56,543 nt of DNA from a virus. The notes below the pieces were generated by a model that did not search any database, was not told where the DNA came from, and saw nothing but the letters and a program-made list of their open reading frames with translations. Positions 9,669 through 19,737 of the stretch are shown here, in pieces; the first letter of the stretch is position 1, and each line of letters opens with the position of its first letter. Made by a program: the position numbers and the translations under genes. The DNA is taken from IMG/VR virus record IMGVR_UViG_3300038393_000879; one strand, 5' to 3'.

Positions 9669-11129
9669 ATGGCAAATTCAGTTCGTATTGTGATCGGGCA
9701 TTGGGATTACTCTCCGCTGGTTGAGTTCGATAGTATTCACGCGGATAACAATATTGTAATGACTTCTGATGTAATGGATCTTAATGTTTCATTAACGCCT
9801 GGTGTTGATAAAGTGCTGAATTTAAATACGAATGCGATGGAAATCGCTAATCGTCCTTTGTGTGGTCAAGAGATTATCTGGGAAAACCCAAATTATTTAG
9901 TAAAAGCACCAGATGGAACGATGAAACCTTACCGTGAATTTGCGGGAGTTATCACAGAGGTGGAAGAAAGCATTAACGGCACCGATTTAGTTTACGCCAT
10001 TCACACCAAATCGTATGTTCACTTCATGGACAGACGGCTGGTTACGGCTTGGTATCCACAAGACGCGCCAGAAAATATTATTAAAAATATCGTTAAGCAA
10101 TACGCCCCAACCTTTACCACTTACAATGTTCAGTCAACGAATTTAACCGTTGTCCCCCAATATTATGACTATCGCCCAGTATCGGACAGCATAAAAGCAA
10201 TTGCGGACCAGCTTGAGATGGGTTGGTATTGCGATTATTACAAAGATGTCCACTTCTACGCAGCTGAAACCTTCACGAGCCCGCTTCCGAATAACACCCT
10301 GCACGCTGATACGGATTTTGTAAATTTCGGCGACCTGATTATCAAAGAAAACTCACAGCAACAATACAATAAAATTTTCATTAAAGGGTTTAAAACGCGA
10401 AGTGACGATTTATTGTTCTTACCGTTTACAGCAGACGCCGAAACGGTTCAGTGGAGTTTGGGGTACCGTGTTTCATCGCTTAAAGGAGACATCGAAGTTC
10501 AGGTGTATCCAGATATGGCGACTTATAAATCCGATAGTAACTGGTTCAGTGGGAAAGTTCCGCTGTATGGGACGAAAATGACGATCAAAAAAGATGTTAT
10601 TGACGGTGCTCCAACACAGCAAGGCGAAAGTAACTGCGCTTATATTCATTATACACAGCACTTGGTTCGAATTTCGAATTGGAACAACTCGGGTCAAGCT
10701 CTGCCAGCGAACTATATCGTTGCGGTTCGTTTCCATTATTTAAAAGACATGGTGTTCTTGGCGCAAGATCCGGCAGCACAGGCAGAAACGGCTAAAATCG
10801 AGGGGACGAACGGTGTTTATGAGTACGCTGTAAGCGATAAGTCGCTAACAAACTCGACACTGGACGCGGTTAAGTCGAAAGGTCAGCTATTGCTGATGAA
10901 ATACAGCAGCCCGCAAATAACCGGGACATTTAAAACCTATTTTAATGCCACATCAAAAGGCGGCTGGCGTGCTGGACAATACTTCACGCTGCAATCAGCT
11001 AATCGGTTCGGTGGAATTAACGACATTATGTTCGTTCAAAGGGTAAATAAATCTATCGTGAAAAACGATAGCGGGGGACTTGTAACATTATACAATATTG
11101 AGTTTGCTGATAGTCCTTATCTTGTATAA
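9669..11129 (+). CDS. Tail tip / distal tail protein
   Basis: 486-aa ORF directly after the tape measure gene; RBS taggaggtt. Confidence 0.5.
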   Translation: MANSVRIVIGHWDYSPLVEFDSIHADNNIVMTSDVMDLNVSLTPGVDKVLNLNTNAMEIANRPLCGQEIIWENPNYLVKAPDGTMKPYREFAGVITEVEESINGTDLVYAIHTKSYVHFMDRRLVTAWYPQDAPENIIKNIVKQYAPTFTTYNVQSTNLTVVPQYYDYRPVSDSIKAIADQLEMGWYCDYYKDVHFYAAETFTSPLPNNTLHADTDFVNFGDLIIKENSQQQYNKIFIKGFKTRSDDLLFLPFTADAETVQWSLGYRVSSLKGDIEVQVYPDMATYKSDSNWFSGKVPLYGTKMTIKKDVIDGAPTQQGESNCAYIHYTQHLVRISNWNNSGQALPANYIVAVRFHYLKDMVFLAQDPAAQAETAKIEGTNGVYEYAVSDKSLTNSTLDAVKSKGQLLLMKYSSPQITGTFKTYFNATSKGGWRAGQYFTLQSANRFGGINDIMFVQRVNKSIVKNDSGGLVTLYNIEFADSPYLV

Positions 11130-11141
11130 GGAGGCAGAAAA

Positions 11142-11411
11142 ATGAAGTTAGATACATTTGTTCAGTTAATTAAAGACTTACGGCAAGGCGCCATAAGCGA
11201 TGATACGGACCCGAACAATGTTGTCTTACAGGTTTATACATCGCCATACGATACGCTAACGATGGCAGACAGTATTCGTATAAATCAAAGCGGTTATAGT
11301 TCTATCGTTTGGGGAGACGGTCGAACTTACATCGCTTACGACAGTAACGGGAACCCGTTCGAAGCGCCAAGCTGCGGCTGGCGTTGGAATTCAGGAGGGA
11401 GGTATTCGTAA
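11142..11411 (+). CDS. Small tail-tip protein
   Basis: 89-aa ORF; RBS aaggaggc. Confidence 0.55.
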   Translation: MKLDTFVQLIKDLRQGAISDDTDPNNVVLQVYTSPYDTLTMADSIRINQSGYSSIVWGDGRTYIAYDSNGNPFEAPSCGWRWNSGGRYS

Positions 11412-11911
11412 TGGACGGATCTATGGCAATTGGACATGTTCGTGTTACGAAACGGGACAAAGTAACCGGGGAAATTACTTTTGACCGCACCTATAAAAAT
11501 CAGATTACAAACTATGCAAGAGAACAGGTCGCACTCGTATGGACAGGCGCTCAAGGCGTTGTGTTTCCATCTCAAATAGCGGTCGGAGTAGGCGCACCAC
11601 CACCAGACATTTCAGGGACAACACCAAATGACACAGAACTTTGGGCGGAATTATCGGGGACGAGGAAACTTGTGGATTATGCAACAGTTTGGCTCACTTA
11701 TTATACACAATATTCAGTTACTTATCAGCAAAACGAAGCGGTTGATTTATCAGACCCAGTAAATAACCCAAACGGAACGGTTTCAATCACCGAAGCTGGT
11801 TTGTTTGACGCAAATGGGAACTTATGGAGCCATGTTTCGCTAACTGATGTTGTGCATGATACAACGCAAACTCTTTCAATCCAGTGGCAAGTTCTTCATC
11901 AAGGTAACTAA
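11411..11911 (+). CDS. Tail-tip protein
   Basis: ATG overlaps the upstream TAA (TAATG); 166 aa. Confidence 0.55.
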   Translation: MDGSMAIGHVRVTKRDKVTGEITFDRTYKNQITNYAREQVALVWTGAQGVVFPSQIAVGVGAPPPDISGTTPNDTELWAELSGTRKLVDYATVWLTYYTQYSVTYQQNEAVDLSDPVNNPNGTVSITEAGLFDANGNLWSHVSLTDVVHDTTQTLSIQWQVLHQGN

Positions 11912-11931
11912 ACGAAAGGAAGGTTTTATAA

Positions 11932-13167
11932 ATGGCTCTATATAAAGTTTCTCCCGGCGATTTGCCGATGGCTTCTGATATTGACCAACTCGTAGATGTA
12001 TTCTTGGGCGCCCATTCGATCGGTGGCATTAACCTGGCGCAAAAGTTTAATCCGCCTGTGACATCGCTCGGCGTTACCATCACAAACGCTGGTATCGACA
12101 GCTTGGGCGTTGGAAGTTACACTTATGCGCTAACTTTTATCACGGGCTATAAGAAGTCAAACGGTTCTATTTTGATTACAAATGAAACACCTATTAGCAA
12201 CTTAACCAATGTTACGACAACCGATGTTCAGCAGCAAGTAACGTTATCAGGTTTACCGGCTCTTCCGACTGGTGTTATTGGTATCCGTATTTACAGAACA
12301 AAACTAGGTGCACCTGGTGTTTATTACCTCGTTACTACGATTACCGACCCAACCGTAACGAGTTATATTGATAAAACAACTGACGCAAACCTATCGACCT
12401 CAACGCCTCCGTCAACGAACTCAACCGGAACCTATTTTAAAAGTTTAGTCGTTAGTAATGATGGTATAACGAACTTTCTTTCGGCTACTTCCGATGGTGT
12501 GGTTGTAAATAGGCTCTCTATGGCTACGACGGACCGGTGGTTTTTATATAACGCTCTCGGCGATTACGGCTTGAACATGAACAACAGCGATATTATCAAT
12601 GTTAACTCGGTCGTAATGAGAGACGCGGCAGACGGTTCAACCGAAGGATTTTTCTGGGCGAAGTCAACGACAACACCGGGTTCAACGAATGTAGCTGATT
12701 ATGACCGAATGTATGTTCTCGACGGTACTTTATATGTTGCTGGTTCAAAGGTAAGAACCAACGGAAACTTGAACTCTATTAACCGAGGAAGCAATAACAC
12801 ATCTTTACCGACCGCTACTTATGTAAAGGTCGATTGGATGCAGGCAACAGCTCCGTATATGTGGGACAACACGAATAAGGCGTGGTCAATTCCGCGAGCT
12901 GGTAAATGGAAATTCACCGCAACGGTTACGCTTCAGAACATTACAAGCGGCTCTACTGCAACTTACTTTAACCGCTGGACATTAAACAATGTTGCCACAG
13001 GCATTGGAACGATGAAGATCACTGCCGGCGGGTCTGATACTCTGACGACAACTTACATGGGAACTTTCTCCGTTGGTGATCTAATCAATGTCGAGGCGTA
13101 TATATCCATTGGAACTGCTAATGTGTACGGAACTTGGTCCCATATTATCATCGAAGAAATCGGATAA
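11932..13167 (+). CDS. Putative tail fiber / receptor-binding protein
   Basis: 411 aa, S/T/N/G-rich; last structural gene before the lysis cassette. Confidence 0.5.
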   Translation: MALYKVSPGDLPMASDIDQLVDVFLGAHSIGGINLAQKFNPPVTSLGVTITNAGIDSLGVGSYTYALTFITGYKKSNGSILITNETPISNLTNVTTTDVQQQVTLSGLPALPTGVIGIRIYRTKLGAPGVYYLVTTITDPTVTSYIDKTTDANLSTSTPPSTNSTGTYFKSLVVSNDGITNFLSATSDGVVVNRLSMATTDRWFLYNALGDYGLNMNNSDIINVNSVVMRDAADGSTEGFFWAKSTTTPGSTNVADYDRMYVLDGTLYVAGSKVRTNGNLNSINRGSNNTSLPTATYVKVDWMQATAPYMWDNTNKAWSIPRAGKWKFTATVTLQNITSGSTATYFNRWTLNNVATGIGTMKITAGGSDTLTTTYMGTFSVGDLINVEAYISIGTANVYGTWSHIIIEEIG

Positions 13168-13199
13168 GAAAGATAAATAGAATAATAGAGGTGAGTTAA

Positions 13200-13514
13200 A
13201 TGAGCGAAAACGAAAGATTAGCCAAAGTCGAAACCACGATTGAAAGTATCGAGAAGGCGCTTAACCGGCTAGAGAGCAAGCTCGATATACTGAACGAAAA
13301 TATGGACAGAAAATTCGTGCCAAGACCGGAAGTTGAAAGCTCGATCAAGCGTTTGCATGACCGTATTGACGAGCTGAACGAAGATATGCACACGGTTCAA
13401 ACCGAACTGACGGCTATTCGTGAAAAACAAGGCAGAGTTCCGGCGTGGGCTGCCGCTTTGATTACTTTCTTGATTTCCGCTATTGGCTTTGTTATTGAAT
13501 TCTTAAAACACTAG
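13200..13514 (+). CDS. xhlA: XhlA-like lysis-associated membrane protein
   Basis: N-terminal coiled coil plus a single C-terminal TM helix (WAAALITFLISAIGFVIEFL); first gene of the lysis cassette. Confidence 0.5.
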   Translation: MSENERLAKVETTIESIEKALNRLESKLDILNENMDRKFVPRPEVESSIKRLHDRIDELNEDMHTVQTELTAIREKQGRVPAWAAALITFLISAIGFVIEFLKH

Positions 13515-13525
13515 GAGGGATTAGG

Positions 13526-13996
13526 GTGCAACTAAAGAAAGGCGATATTATTGCTGTTTCTGGGACGGGCTTTTTAAGCGAAGCAATTGAAGTTGTTACC
13601 CATTCCCCCGTTTCTCATATCGCGATTGTGGTTAATCCAGAAAAGTTAAAACTCATCGAAGCGTATAAAGATGTGAGATACCGTAATCTAAAAGATTATA
13701 AGGGAATGTGTAATGTCTATCGCGTAGAACACCTCGAAGAAGAACAGCTTGATAAACTTATAGATTATTTAACACAACAATTGAAAAAACCTTATGACTA
13801 TTTTGATATAGTGCGCGAACTTGCGCGTTACACGCTGGGTTCAACGCCGATCGCGGAAGACGGAGAAGCGTTTATTTGTTCTTCGTTGTGTGCGATGGCT
13901 TACGCAAGCATTGGTATTAAATTAACAGACGAGCCTTTGCCGTCCCCTGCGGACATTGTGGCTTCACACAAATTAACGAGAGTTGGAGGTTACTAG
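13526..13996 (+). CDS. Permuted papain-fold (NlpC/P60 / YiiX-like) peptidase
   Basis: SHIAIV … FICSSLCAMAY motifs in permuted His…Cys order. Confidence 0.5.
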   Translation: MQLKKGDIIAVSGTGFLSEAIEVVTHSPVSHIAIVVNPEKLKLIEAYKDVRYRNLKDYKGMCNVYRVEHLEEEQLDKLIDYLTQQLKKPYDYFDIVRELARYTLGSTPIAEDGEAFICSSLCAMAYASIGIKLTDEPLPSPADIVASHKLTRVGGY

Positions 13997-13997
13997 A

Positions 13998-14447
13998 ATG
14001 GAAAAGAAAATCGTAAAAGAACACGACCAAGTTCGAGTGCTGCACGAGTTGATCCATTACCCGGACCACGACGCTCGGACAGAAAGCAAAACATTTAAAG
14101 AAACAAAGCGTGAGCTAAAAGCGGACAAGGAGCATTGGAAATGTTTCATTGATAACGGGTATTGTTCAGACGGACCGCTCGAGGTTCATCATGGATTACT
14201 GGAATGGGCAACGAGTAACGAGATAGATTGGGAGAAAGTTAAGCGCGATCACCCGAATATCGACGAAGGCGTGGACGACAAAGACCAAATGATCGTGTTA
14301 TGCGCAAGGCACCACAGAGGCGCTTATGTGGGAATTCACGAGTGTTCGTATAATGCTTGGATCCTGCAAAAATATATGAAGCTGGAAGCATTAGAAAAGT
14401 TTGAAACATTAGTTAAAAAATTAACGGAAGGTGAAAAACATGAGTAA
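13998..14447 (+). CDS. HNH-motif nuclease-like protein
   Basis: LEVHHG … LCARHHRG…GIHE; RBS ggaggt before the ATG at 13998. Confidence 0.5.
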   Translation: MEKKIVKEHDQVRVLHELIHYPDHDARTESKTFKETKRELKADKEHWKCFIDNGYCSDGPLEVHHGLLEWATSNEIDWEKVKRDHPNIDEGVDDKDQMIVLCARHHRGAYVGIHECSYNAWILQKYMKLEALEKFETLVKKLTEGEKHE

Positions 14448-16059
14448 ATACGCAACTGAAAAGAAGTGGATTTCTGGACTTCCGAAGAATACCTATGCAG
14501 ATGGTAAAGGAAATTATCGCGGCGTTGTTTTACATTTTACTGATAACTACAGCTCTACGATTGACGGTGAAGTGAGTTTTATGACCACGAATTGGAGAAG
14601 CGCGTTCGTTCACGGATTTGCTGGTTTGAGAAACGGTCAACCGGCGTATGTCGAAGTGGCTGACCCGGACTATAACTGTTGGGGAGCGGGACCAAAGGCG
14701 AACCCGTATTATTACCAAATCGAATTAGTTGTGGCACACTCACAAGCGGATTTCGAAAAGTCAGTCGATATATGGTGTTACAAAGCGGCTGAAAAATTAG
14801 CACAGCGTAAGCTCGGCGTAAAAGCAGCGAACGATACGAACAGAGGTTCCGGCGCTACGATACTGGGGCATTTCCAAGTGACGAAATATATGGGCGGAAC
14901 TACGCACCAAGATCCCGTTTCGTATCTACAGAAATATGGTTGGACCTGGGATATGGTTGTGAAAAAGATTTCCGGTTACTATGATGATTTAACAGCACCC
15001 GCTAAACCGGCAACACCATCAGCGCCATCTAAATTATATCGTGTTCGTAAAACCTGGGCAGACGATAAAAGCCAAGTTGGGGCGTTTGCAGATTTAGATA
15101 ACGCGAAAGCATGCGCGGATCAAAACAAAGGAACTTTCGTATTTGACGAAAACGGCAAATCTGTTTATCCGGCAGCAGCGTCAACAGCGAAATTATATCG
15201 TGTTCGCAAGGATTGGAAAGACGCAAAGACACAAGTGGGAGCATTCAGCAATTTGGACAACGCCAAAGATTGCGCGGACCAGAACGCTGGTACAAAGGTA
15301 TTCGACGAAAACGGCAAGGTCGTTTATACTCCGGCTAAAGCGGAATCAAAAGTAGAAACGCCAACACCCAAGCCGACGCCCGTAACACCTGAAAAACCGA
15401 AAACAGCGATTGTCGGTAAATCAGTTATTGATTACAAAGCGATGGCAGCGTTTGTTCAAAAGCAAAACCCGGCATTCGATGAAGCAATCGCAAAAGCGTT
15501 CGTGGAGGTCGGCTCTAAATACAACATCAAAGGTGATATTGCATTTTGTCAATCGATCATCGAAACCGGATACTTTAGATTTAACGACGGAACCGCGGTT
15601 AAACCAGAACAACACAACTATGCGGGCATTGGCGTTACCTCAAAAGGAATGACAGGAAACTCTTTCGCTACGGTCAGCGATGGTGTCGAGGCACAAATGC
15701 AACATCTATTCGCGTACGCAACAAAAGAGAACCTGCCCGGCGGCGTCCAACCTTTAGACCCGCGATTTAATCTCGTGGCTCGTGGCACATGCCCGAACTG
15801 GGAAGACTTAAGCAACCACTGGGCGATGAATGCGAAGTACGGCGATCAAATCGTTAGTCTATATGGTCAGCTTGTGCAGTTTTCGCAGAATTATACGCCA
15901 CCTGCGGAAAAACCGGAAACAGCTGGTCAAAACGACGCACAGAATGGGGCGAATTTGCCGTCTGAAAATGATCCGAAGGGTAATGATACCCCCGATGAAA
16001 CATTCAAAGCGAAGGTAATTTCAGTTATTAAAGAATTTTTCGGTGGATTATTCAAATAG
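14440..16059 (+). CDS. Multidomain endolysin: N-terminal amidase, two SPOR-like repeats, C-terminal glucosaminidase
   Basis: Repeat KLYRVRK-W-D-K-QVGAF-LDNAK-CADQN occurs twice; C-terminal FCQSIIETGYFRF…HNYAGIG. Confidence 0.85.
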   Translation: MSKYATEKKWISGLPKNTYADGKGNYRGVVLHFTDNYSSTIDGEVSFMTTNWRSAFVHGFAGLRNGQPAYVEVADPDYNCWGAGPKANPYYYQIELVVAHSQADFEKSVDIWCYKAAEKLAQRKLGVKAANDTNRGSGATILGHFQVTKYMGGTTHQDPVSYLQKYGWTWDMVVKKISGYYDDLTAPAKPATPSAPSKLYRVRKTWADDKSQVGAFADLDNAKACADQNKGTFVFDENGKSVYPAAASTAKLYRVRKDWKDAKTQVGAFSNLDNAKDCADQNAGTKVFDENGKVVYTPAKAESKVETPTPKPTPVTPEKPKTAIVGKSVIDYKAMAAFVQKQNPAFDEAIAKAFVEVGSKYNIKGDIAFCQSIIETGYFRFNDGTAVKPEQHNYAGIGVTSKGMTGNSFATVSDGVEAQMQHLFAYATKENLPGGVQPLDPRFNLVARGTCPNWEDLSNHWAMNAKYGDQIVSLYGQLVQFSQNYTPPAEKPETAGQNDAQNGANLPSENDPKGNDTPDETFKAKVISVIKEFFGGLFK

Positions 16060-16070
16060 GAGGGGTTCAT

Positions 16071-16388
16071 GTGGTTGCGTGGTTACTGGCATACTGGTAC
16101 ATTCCCGCGCTGGTTGTTATTATCGCTGGGATCTTTGGCGCAAAGAAGCTGGCGAATAAAAACGCAAGGAATGCGGCGCTGTATGCAATATGGAAGCTAG
16201 AAGACAGAGTGTTCGAAACGATGGACGAGCGTATTGAGGCGATTGCCGAGCTTGGGTATGAGTTGCTACCGGTCCGTATCCGGTTAATCGTTTCAGAAAA
16301 AGCATTTACAAGCATTGTAACGCAAGTGTACGATGAATTAAAAGCGCTGATTGATAAGATCGACGGCGTGAAGCATAAAATAAAATAA
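16071..16388 (+). CDS. Putative holin / membrane protein
   Basis: GTG start after AGGAGGGG; N-terminal TM helix (WLLAYWYIPALVVIIAGIFGA); last gene before the terminator. Confidence 0.45.
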   Translation: MVAWLLAYWYIPALVVIIAGIFGAKKLANKNARNAALYAIWKLEDRVFETMDERIEAIAELGYELLPVRIRLIVSEKAFTSIVTQVYDELKALIDKIDGVKHKIK

Positions 16389-16427
16389 AAAAAAGAACCG
16401 CCTCCAATTTCGGGGGCGGCTTTTTTT
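16387..16427. terminator. Bidirectional rho-independent terminator between convergent late and middle operons
   Basis: A-run, CCGCCTCC-aatttc-GGGGGCGG, T-run. Confidence 0.8.
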
Positions 16428-16429
16428 GT

Positions 16430-16690
16430 TTAGTGGACTAAAAATAATAATCTTGTTTTCTTGCACTCTTTAAAGTATTCAAATAATTTTATTTCTGTTA
16501 CATCATCAAACGGATAATGAACCCAAAAACCGTCGTCTTTCGAGTACAACCATGAATAATAAACGAGCCAGTCTTTTCCTTTTTTGCCGAAGGTGAAACA
16601 AAACTTTGTTCCTTCGTACATAAATTCGATGTCAAATGTATCTCTTTCGATGTGAAAATCAATAACATCAACTCTCATCGGTTTCATCAA
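16430..16690 (-). CDS. Hypothetical protein
   Basis: 86-aa ORF at the end of a - strand operon; start uncertain. Confidence 0.5.
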   Translation of the reverse strand: MMKPMRVDVIDFHIERDTFDIEFMYEGTKFCFTFGKKGKDWLVYYSWLYSKDDGFWVHYPFDDVTEIKLFEYFKECKKTRLLFLVH

Positions 16691-16940
16691 CCTCGATTTT
16701 TAAGCCGCCGATTTCAACGAGATCGTCCGCGCTCCACGTAAATATCCCGTTTCTATGCTTTACTTTAAACGCATAAAACTTTTCTCCTGCTTTTGTTACG
16801 AAACTCATATCCTCGTGAATAATTCCGCCCCTGTGCTCTCTCGGAAAGCTGTGCTTCTCGATTGCTTCGTCTTTTACATAAACCGGAACGCCAATGCTCG
16901 GTGAAATTCGTTTATACTTACACAGGAAGTTATAGTTCAT
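16668..16940 (-). CDS. Hypothetical protein
   Basis: 90-aa ORF packed in the operon. Confidence 0.55.
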   Translation of the reverse strand: MNYNFLCKYKRISPSIGVPVYVKDEAIEKHSFPREHRGGIIHEDMSFVTKAGEKFYAFKVKHRNGIFTWSADDLVEIGGLKIEVDETDES

Positions 16941-16941
16941 G

Positions 16942-17241
16942 TTATACTCTCCCTTCGTCTAGCGGCAAGTCTCTCTCCATATTTCGTTTCATTCCAGAAT
17001 TTGATTTAATTGGTTTGTTCTTTTTGGTTGATTTGAGAATATCAATTAAGATATAATCAGCTAGGTACGATAATGTTCGCTCGTTTGGTCGCTCGCCTGT
17101 TGAATTTACATAATCGTTAATGATGTTGTTTACCTGTGATGTGCGTTCTTCAGCTGTCTCTGCCGGCTCCGAATGCAGCGCTTTTGTGTAAGCGATGATT
17201 TGCTCTTTTGCAATAGTGGTATCTTGATTAAACATATACAT
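16942..17241 (-). CDS. Hypothetical protein
   Basis: 99-aa ORF abutting its neighbours. Confidence 0.55.
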   Translation of the reverse strand: MYMFNQDTTIAKEQIIAYTKALHSEPAETAEERTSQVNNIINDYVNSTGERPNERTLSYLADYILIDILKSTKKNKPIKSNSGMKRNMERDLPLDEGRV

Positions 17242-17598
17242 TTAGATTTCCTCCTCGATAAATTGTGAATAAACCATGATTTTCTTAATCGCTCTGTCTT
17301 TGTATGAACGCAGTGCTTTCCGGGAAACGCCCATTAACTCGGCTGCTTCTCGTTCGGTGTACTCAAAATCGTATAAATGCTTCAGCGTTTCTTTTTCCCG
17401 ACCGGATAATTTCGCTTTGATGATTGCGTCCTCGTAATCTATCAGAATAATCAGCGCGTCAATATCGCCTCTGCCTTTTTTATCCTTTAGGTCGTTCTTG
17501 CTTTCCAGGAACGCTAGAATGGTATCTTCCTGTTTTAGATCGTATTGCTCTGCGTATTCCCGAGCCTTTTTGTGAATGTCACGCTTGATGTGTCCCAT
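17242..17598 (-). CDS. Sigma-70 region-4-like HTH protein (candidate transcription regulator)
   Basis: C-terminal LSGREKETLKHLY…EREAAELMGVSRKALRSYKDRAIKKI. Confidence 0.5.
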   Translation of the reverse strand: MGHIKRDIHKKAREYAEQYDLKQEDTILAFLESKNDLKDKKGRGDIDALIILIDYEDAIIKAKLSGREKETLKHLYDFEYTEREAAELMGVSRKALRSYKDRAIKKIMVYSQFIEEEI

Positions 17599-17742
17599 TT
17601 ACTTTTTCCCCTTTGCTATATCGAAGTTGTCTCGTTTATCGACGATTATTTTCCCGGTTTTAATTTCCACCCGAAGCATGTCCGGCTGGGCTAATGCGTA
17701 CTCTTCTGTTTCCCGTTCTTTAATTTTTATCTGATGTGCCAT
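17599..17742 (-). CDS. Small ORF (47 aa); not in the supplied ORF track
   Basis: ATG after ggaggaagt; its stop abuts the next ATG. Confidence 0.35.
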   Translation of the reverse strand: MAHQIKIKERETEEYALAQPDMLRVEIKTGKIIVDKRDNFDIAKGKK

Positions 17743-18001
17743 AGTAACTTCCTCCAAGTTTGATGATTTTCAGAGCTTCTTCCGCAAATTTCACATGGTG
17801 CTCGTCCGATTTAACTACGATGATCATGTTCAGAAAAGTAATCATATCTTCTTCGCTGAACTTCGTTACCCGCTCTAGTAAACTATCATTCATCGGCTCT
17901 GATAACTGAAAACTTAAATATGCCCAAGTATTCTGATAATTACCGAGTAAATAAACACTTCCGGTCTTCTCGTTGTAGTGCGAATAAATCCAGTCAATCA
18001 T
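17720..18001 (-). CDS. Hypothetical protein
   Basis: 93-aa ORF. Confidence 0.55.
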   Translation of the reverse strand: MIDWIYSHYNEKTGSVYLLGNYQNTWAYLSFQLSEPMNDSLLERVTKFSEEDMITFLNMIIVVKSDEHHVKFAEEALKIIKLGGSYYGTSDKN

Positions 18002-18543
18002 TTAAAAACCTCGCTTAATTTTGCGATCAATTCCTCGATGGTGCTGCTGTTGTCAATCGTGATGGCGTCTCTTTTGTCACTGATGAATTTCTCGTTCTCA
18101 TATTTTAGTGCGTCTAGTTGGGTGTTTCCGTCTCGCCTGTTTAACCGCTGGTATCGAACCGTATCGTCTGCAACCAGTCGAATGGGGATAAATCCGTGTT
18201 TTACCACGAAGAAATCATACTCGTGTTCGTATCTGCCGTCGCGGATAATCATGCCTTTGTGCTTAACGATTTGGTCAAACGCCTTAATCGTCTTCGCTTC
18301 GTTTATTCTCTGTAATGCCAATCGGCACCAGACTTCTTCACCGTAAATCTGTTTGTAACTCTCACCGATTTCAATCATTTTTGGACGGTTCTGTTTATAA
18401 TCGTCCCGACCGAAGAAACGCTTGTATTCTTCTCTGATGGGGTCTGCTAATGCTAGCGATTGAATGTGATGTTTTTCTAATAGAATTTCAGTCACCGTGT
18501 CTTTTCCGGTTCCTGATTTTCCGAACATAAAGTATTTCTTCAT
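17998..18543 (-). CDS. P-loop kinase, dNMP-kinase-like
   Basis: Walker A motif FGKSGTGKDTV near the N-terminus; nucleotide-metabolism neighbourhood. Confidence 0.55.
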   Translation of the reverse strand: MKKYFMFGKSGTGKDTVTEILLEKHHIQSLALADPIREEYKRFFGRDDYKQNRPKMIEIGESYKQIYGEEVWCRLALQRINEAKTIKAFDQIVKHKGMIIRDGRYEHEYDFFVVKHGFIPIRLVADDTVRYQRLNRRDGNTQLDALKYENEKFISDKRDAITIDNSSTIEELIAKLSEVFK

Positions 18544-18570
18544 GTTTGGTTCCCCCTTTCACCTAAATAA

Positions 18571-18596
18571 TTCGGTGATTGTTATACTGCTGTAAC
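18571..18596 (-). promoter_or_regulatory. Phage-specific ECF-like promoter motif, copy 1 (GTTACA-N15-CCGAA)
   Basis: - strand reads tGTTACAgcagtataacaatcaCCGAATTATTT; sits just downstream of a terminator and 28 nt before an ATG. Confidence 0.6.
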
Positions 18597-18605
18597 ATTT
18601 TTAGA

Positions 18606-18637
18606 CAAAAAAAATAGATGGGGCATTATGCCCCATC
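18606..18637 (-). terminator. Rho-independent terminator after thyX
   Basis: GATGGGGC-ataa-GCCCCATC followed by a U-run on the - strand. Confidence 0.8.
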
Positions 18638-19319
18638 AATCTACTAGCTCGTCCGCTGAAATCGGAAAATGCTGTTTAACAAAAACTAAAACGGCTTTTG
18701 CGTATTCTTGTATTTCAACTTGGCTGTCGTGTGCTAAACGCTGGTTTAAAAAGTGGCAAACGGATTGTAAGCTCGCTGACCAGATATATCGCACATACAT
18801 GCCATAAGCCGGTAAGAATAATCGTGCTTGTTCGGCACAGATACCAGCTTTCATGGCGTTGTTATATAGCTCTTCACCTTGTGCCACTTGGTCCATTAAC
18901 TGCTTCGTATAGTAGGCACCAGTCAAAGCGTTAATTGGCTGACCGCTTCCTTGTTTCGAATTCTCCGGTGCGGAACGCCATTCATCATTAGTCGGGATAT
19001 AAAACACCGGCTCTTCTGTGATGTAACGCCGACTAGACTCATTCCATGAATCCATTGTATGGTCGCTTCCAACGACATATTTCCAGTGCTGGCGCGCTAC
19101 CATCAAAGGAGCGTAAATTTCAAACTGCATAAACGCATGCCGAAACGGTGAAGTGTGCCCCTCGCGTGCTAAAAACGAGATTAAACGCTTATCTTTATCT
19201 GTTAATTCTTCGGCTCTTTTGTCATACGATACTCTTGCGGCATTGGCGACGGTTAAATCAGAACCCATCACATCGCGCAACCGAACATATCCCTTGTCTA
19301 AAACATCAATTTTATCCAT
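18636..19319 (-). CDS. thyX: Flavin-dependent thymidylate synthase ThyX
   Basis: HTSPFRHAFMQFEI … NESSRRY; ThyX-like motifs and length. Confidence 0.75.
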   Translation of the reverse strand: MDKIDVLDKGYVRLRDVMGSDLTVANAARVSYDKRAEELTDKDKRLISFLAREGHTSPFRHAFMQFEIYAPLMVARQHWKYVVGSDHTMDSWNESSRRYITEEPVFYIPTNDEWRSAPENSKQGSGQPINALTGAYYTKQLMDQVAQGEELYNNAMKAGICAEQARLFLPAYGMYVRYIWSASLQSVCHFLNQRLAHDSQVEIQEYAKAVLVFVKQHFPISADELVD

Positions 19320-19461
19320 TTTCTACATCTCCCGTTACAGTAAAATTAAAAGTAAAATAAGTAAAGATATTGTTAAAACCTCGATAACCGAATAAATTTG
19401 CGGGTGAAACACTTGCAGATCCGCAAAAGCACAATACGCTTTCGCGTAATAATATTTCAAT

Positions 19462-19737
19462 TTATTTTTCATGCGCTTCCTCCGGTTTGTACTCTTTTAG
19501 GTTTTTAATGTCTTTTTTGGATACGCATTTAATTTTTACGTCAGAAATTTTAATAAATGTTCCGACTACTTTCACTTTGCGCTCCCCGTTATAGGCGTAT
19601 GCTCCTCCGCTTTCCTGGCATGAAACCATTATATCAGCGCTTTTATAGGCAACTACGCTAATGCAAACACTCATATAAATACACATCGCACATATAACAA
19701 GTAAAATAGCTAACTTAATTTTTGACCCTTTTTTCAT
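19462..19737 (-). CDS. Small membrane / secreted protein
   Basis: ATG after ggaggaaaat; N-terminal hydrophobic segment KLAILLVICAMCIYMSVC. Confidence 0.5.
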   Translation of the reverse strand: MKKGSKIKLAILLVICAMCIYMSVCISVVAYKSADIMVSCQESGGAYAYNGERKVKVVGTFIKISDVKIKCVSKKDIKNLKEYKPEEAHEK

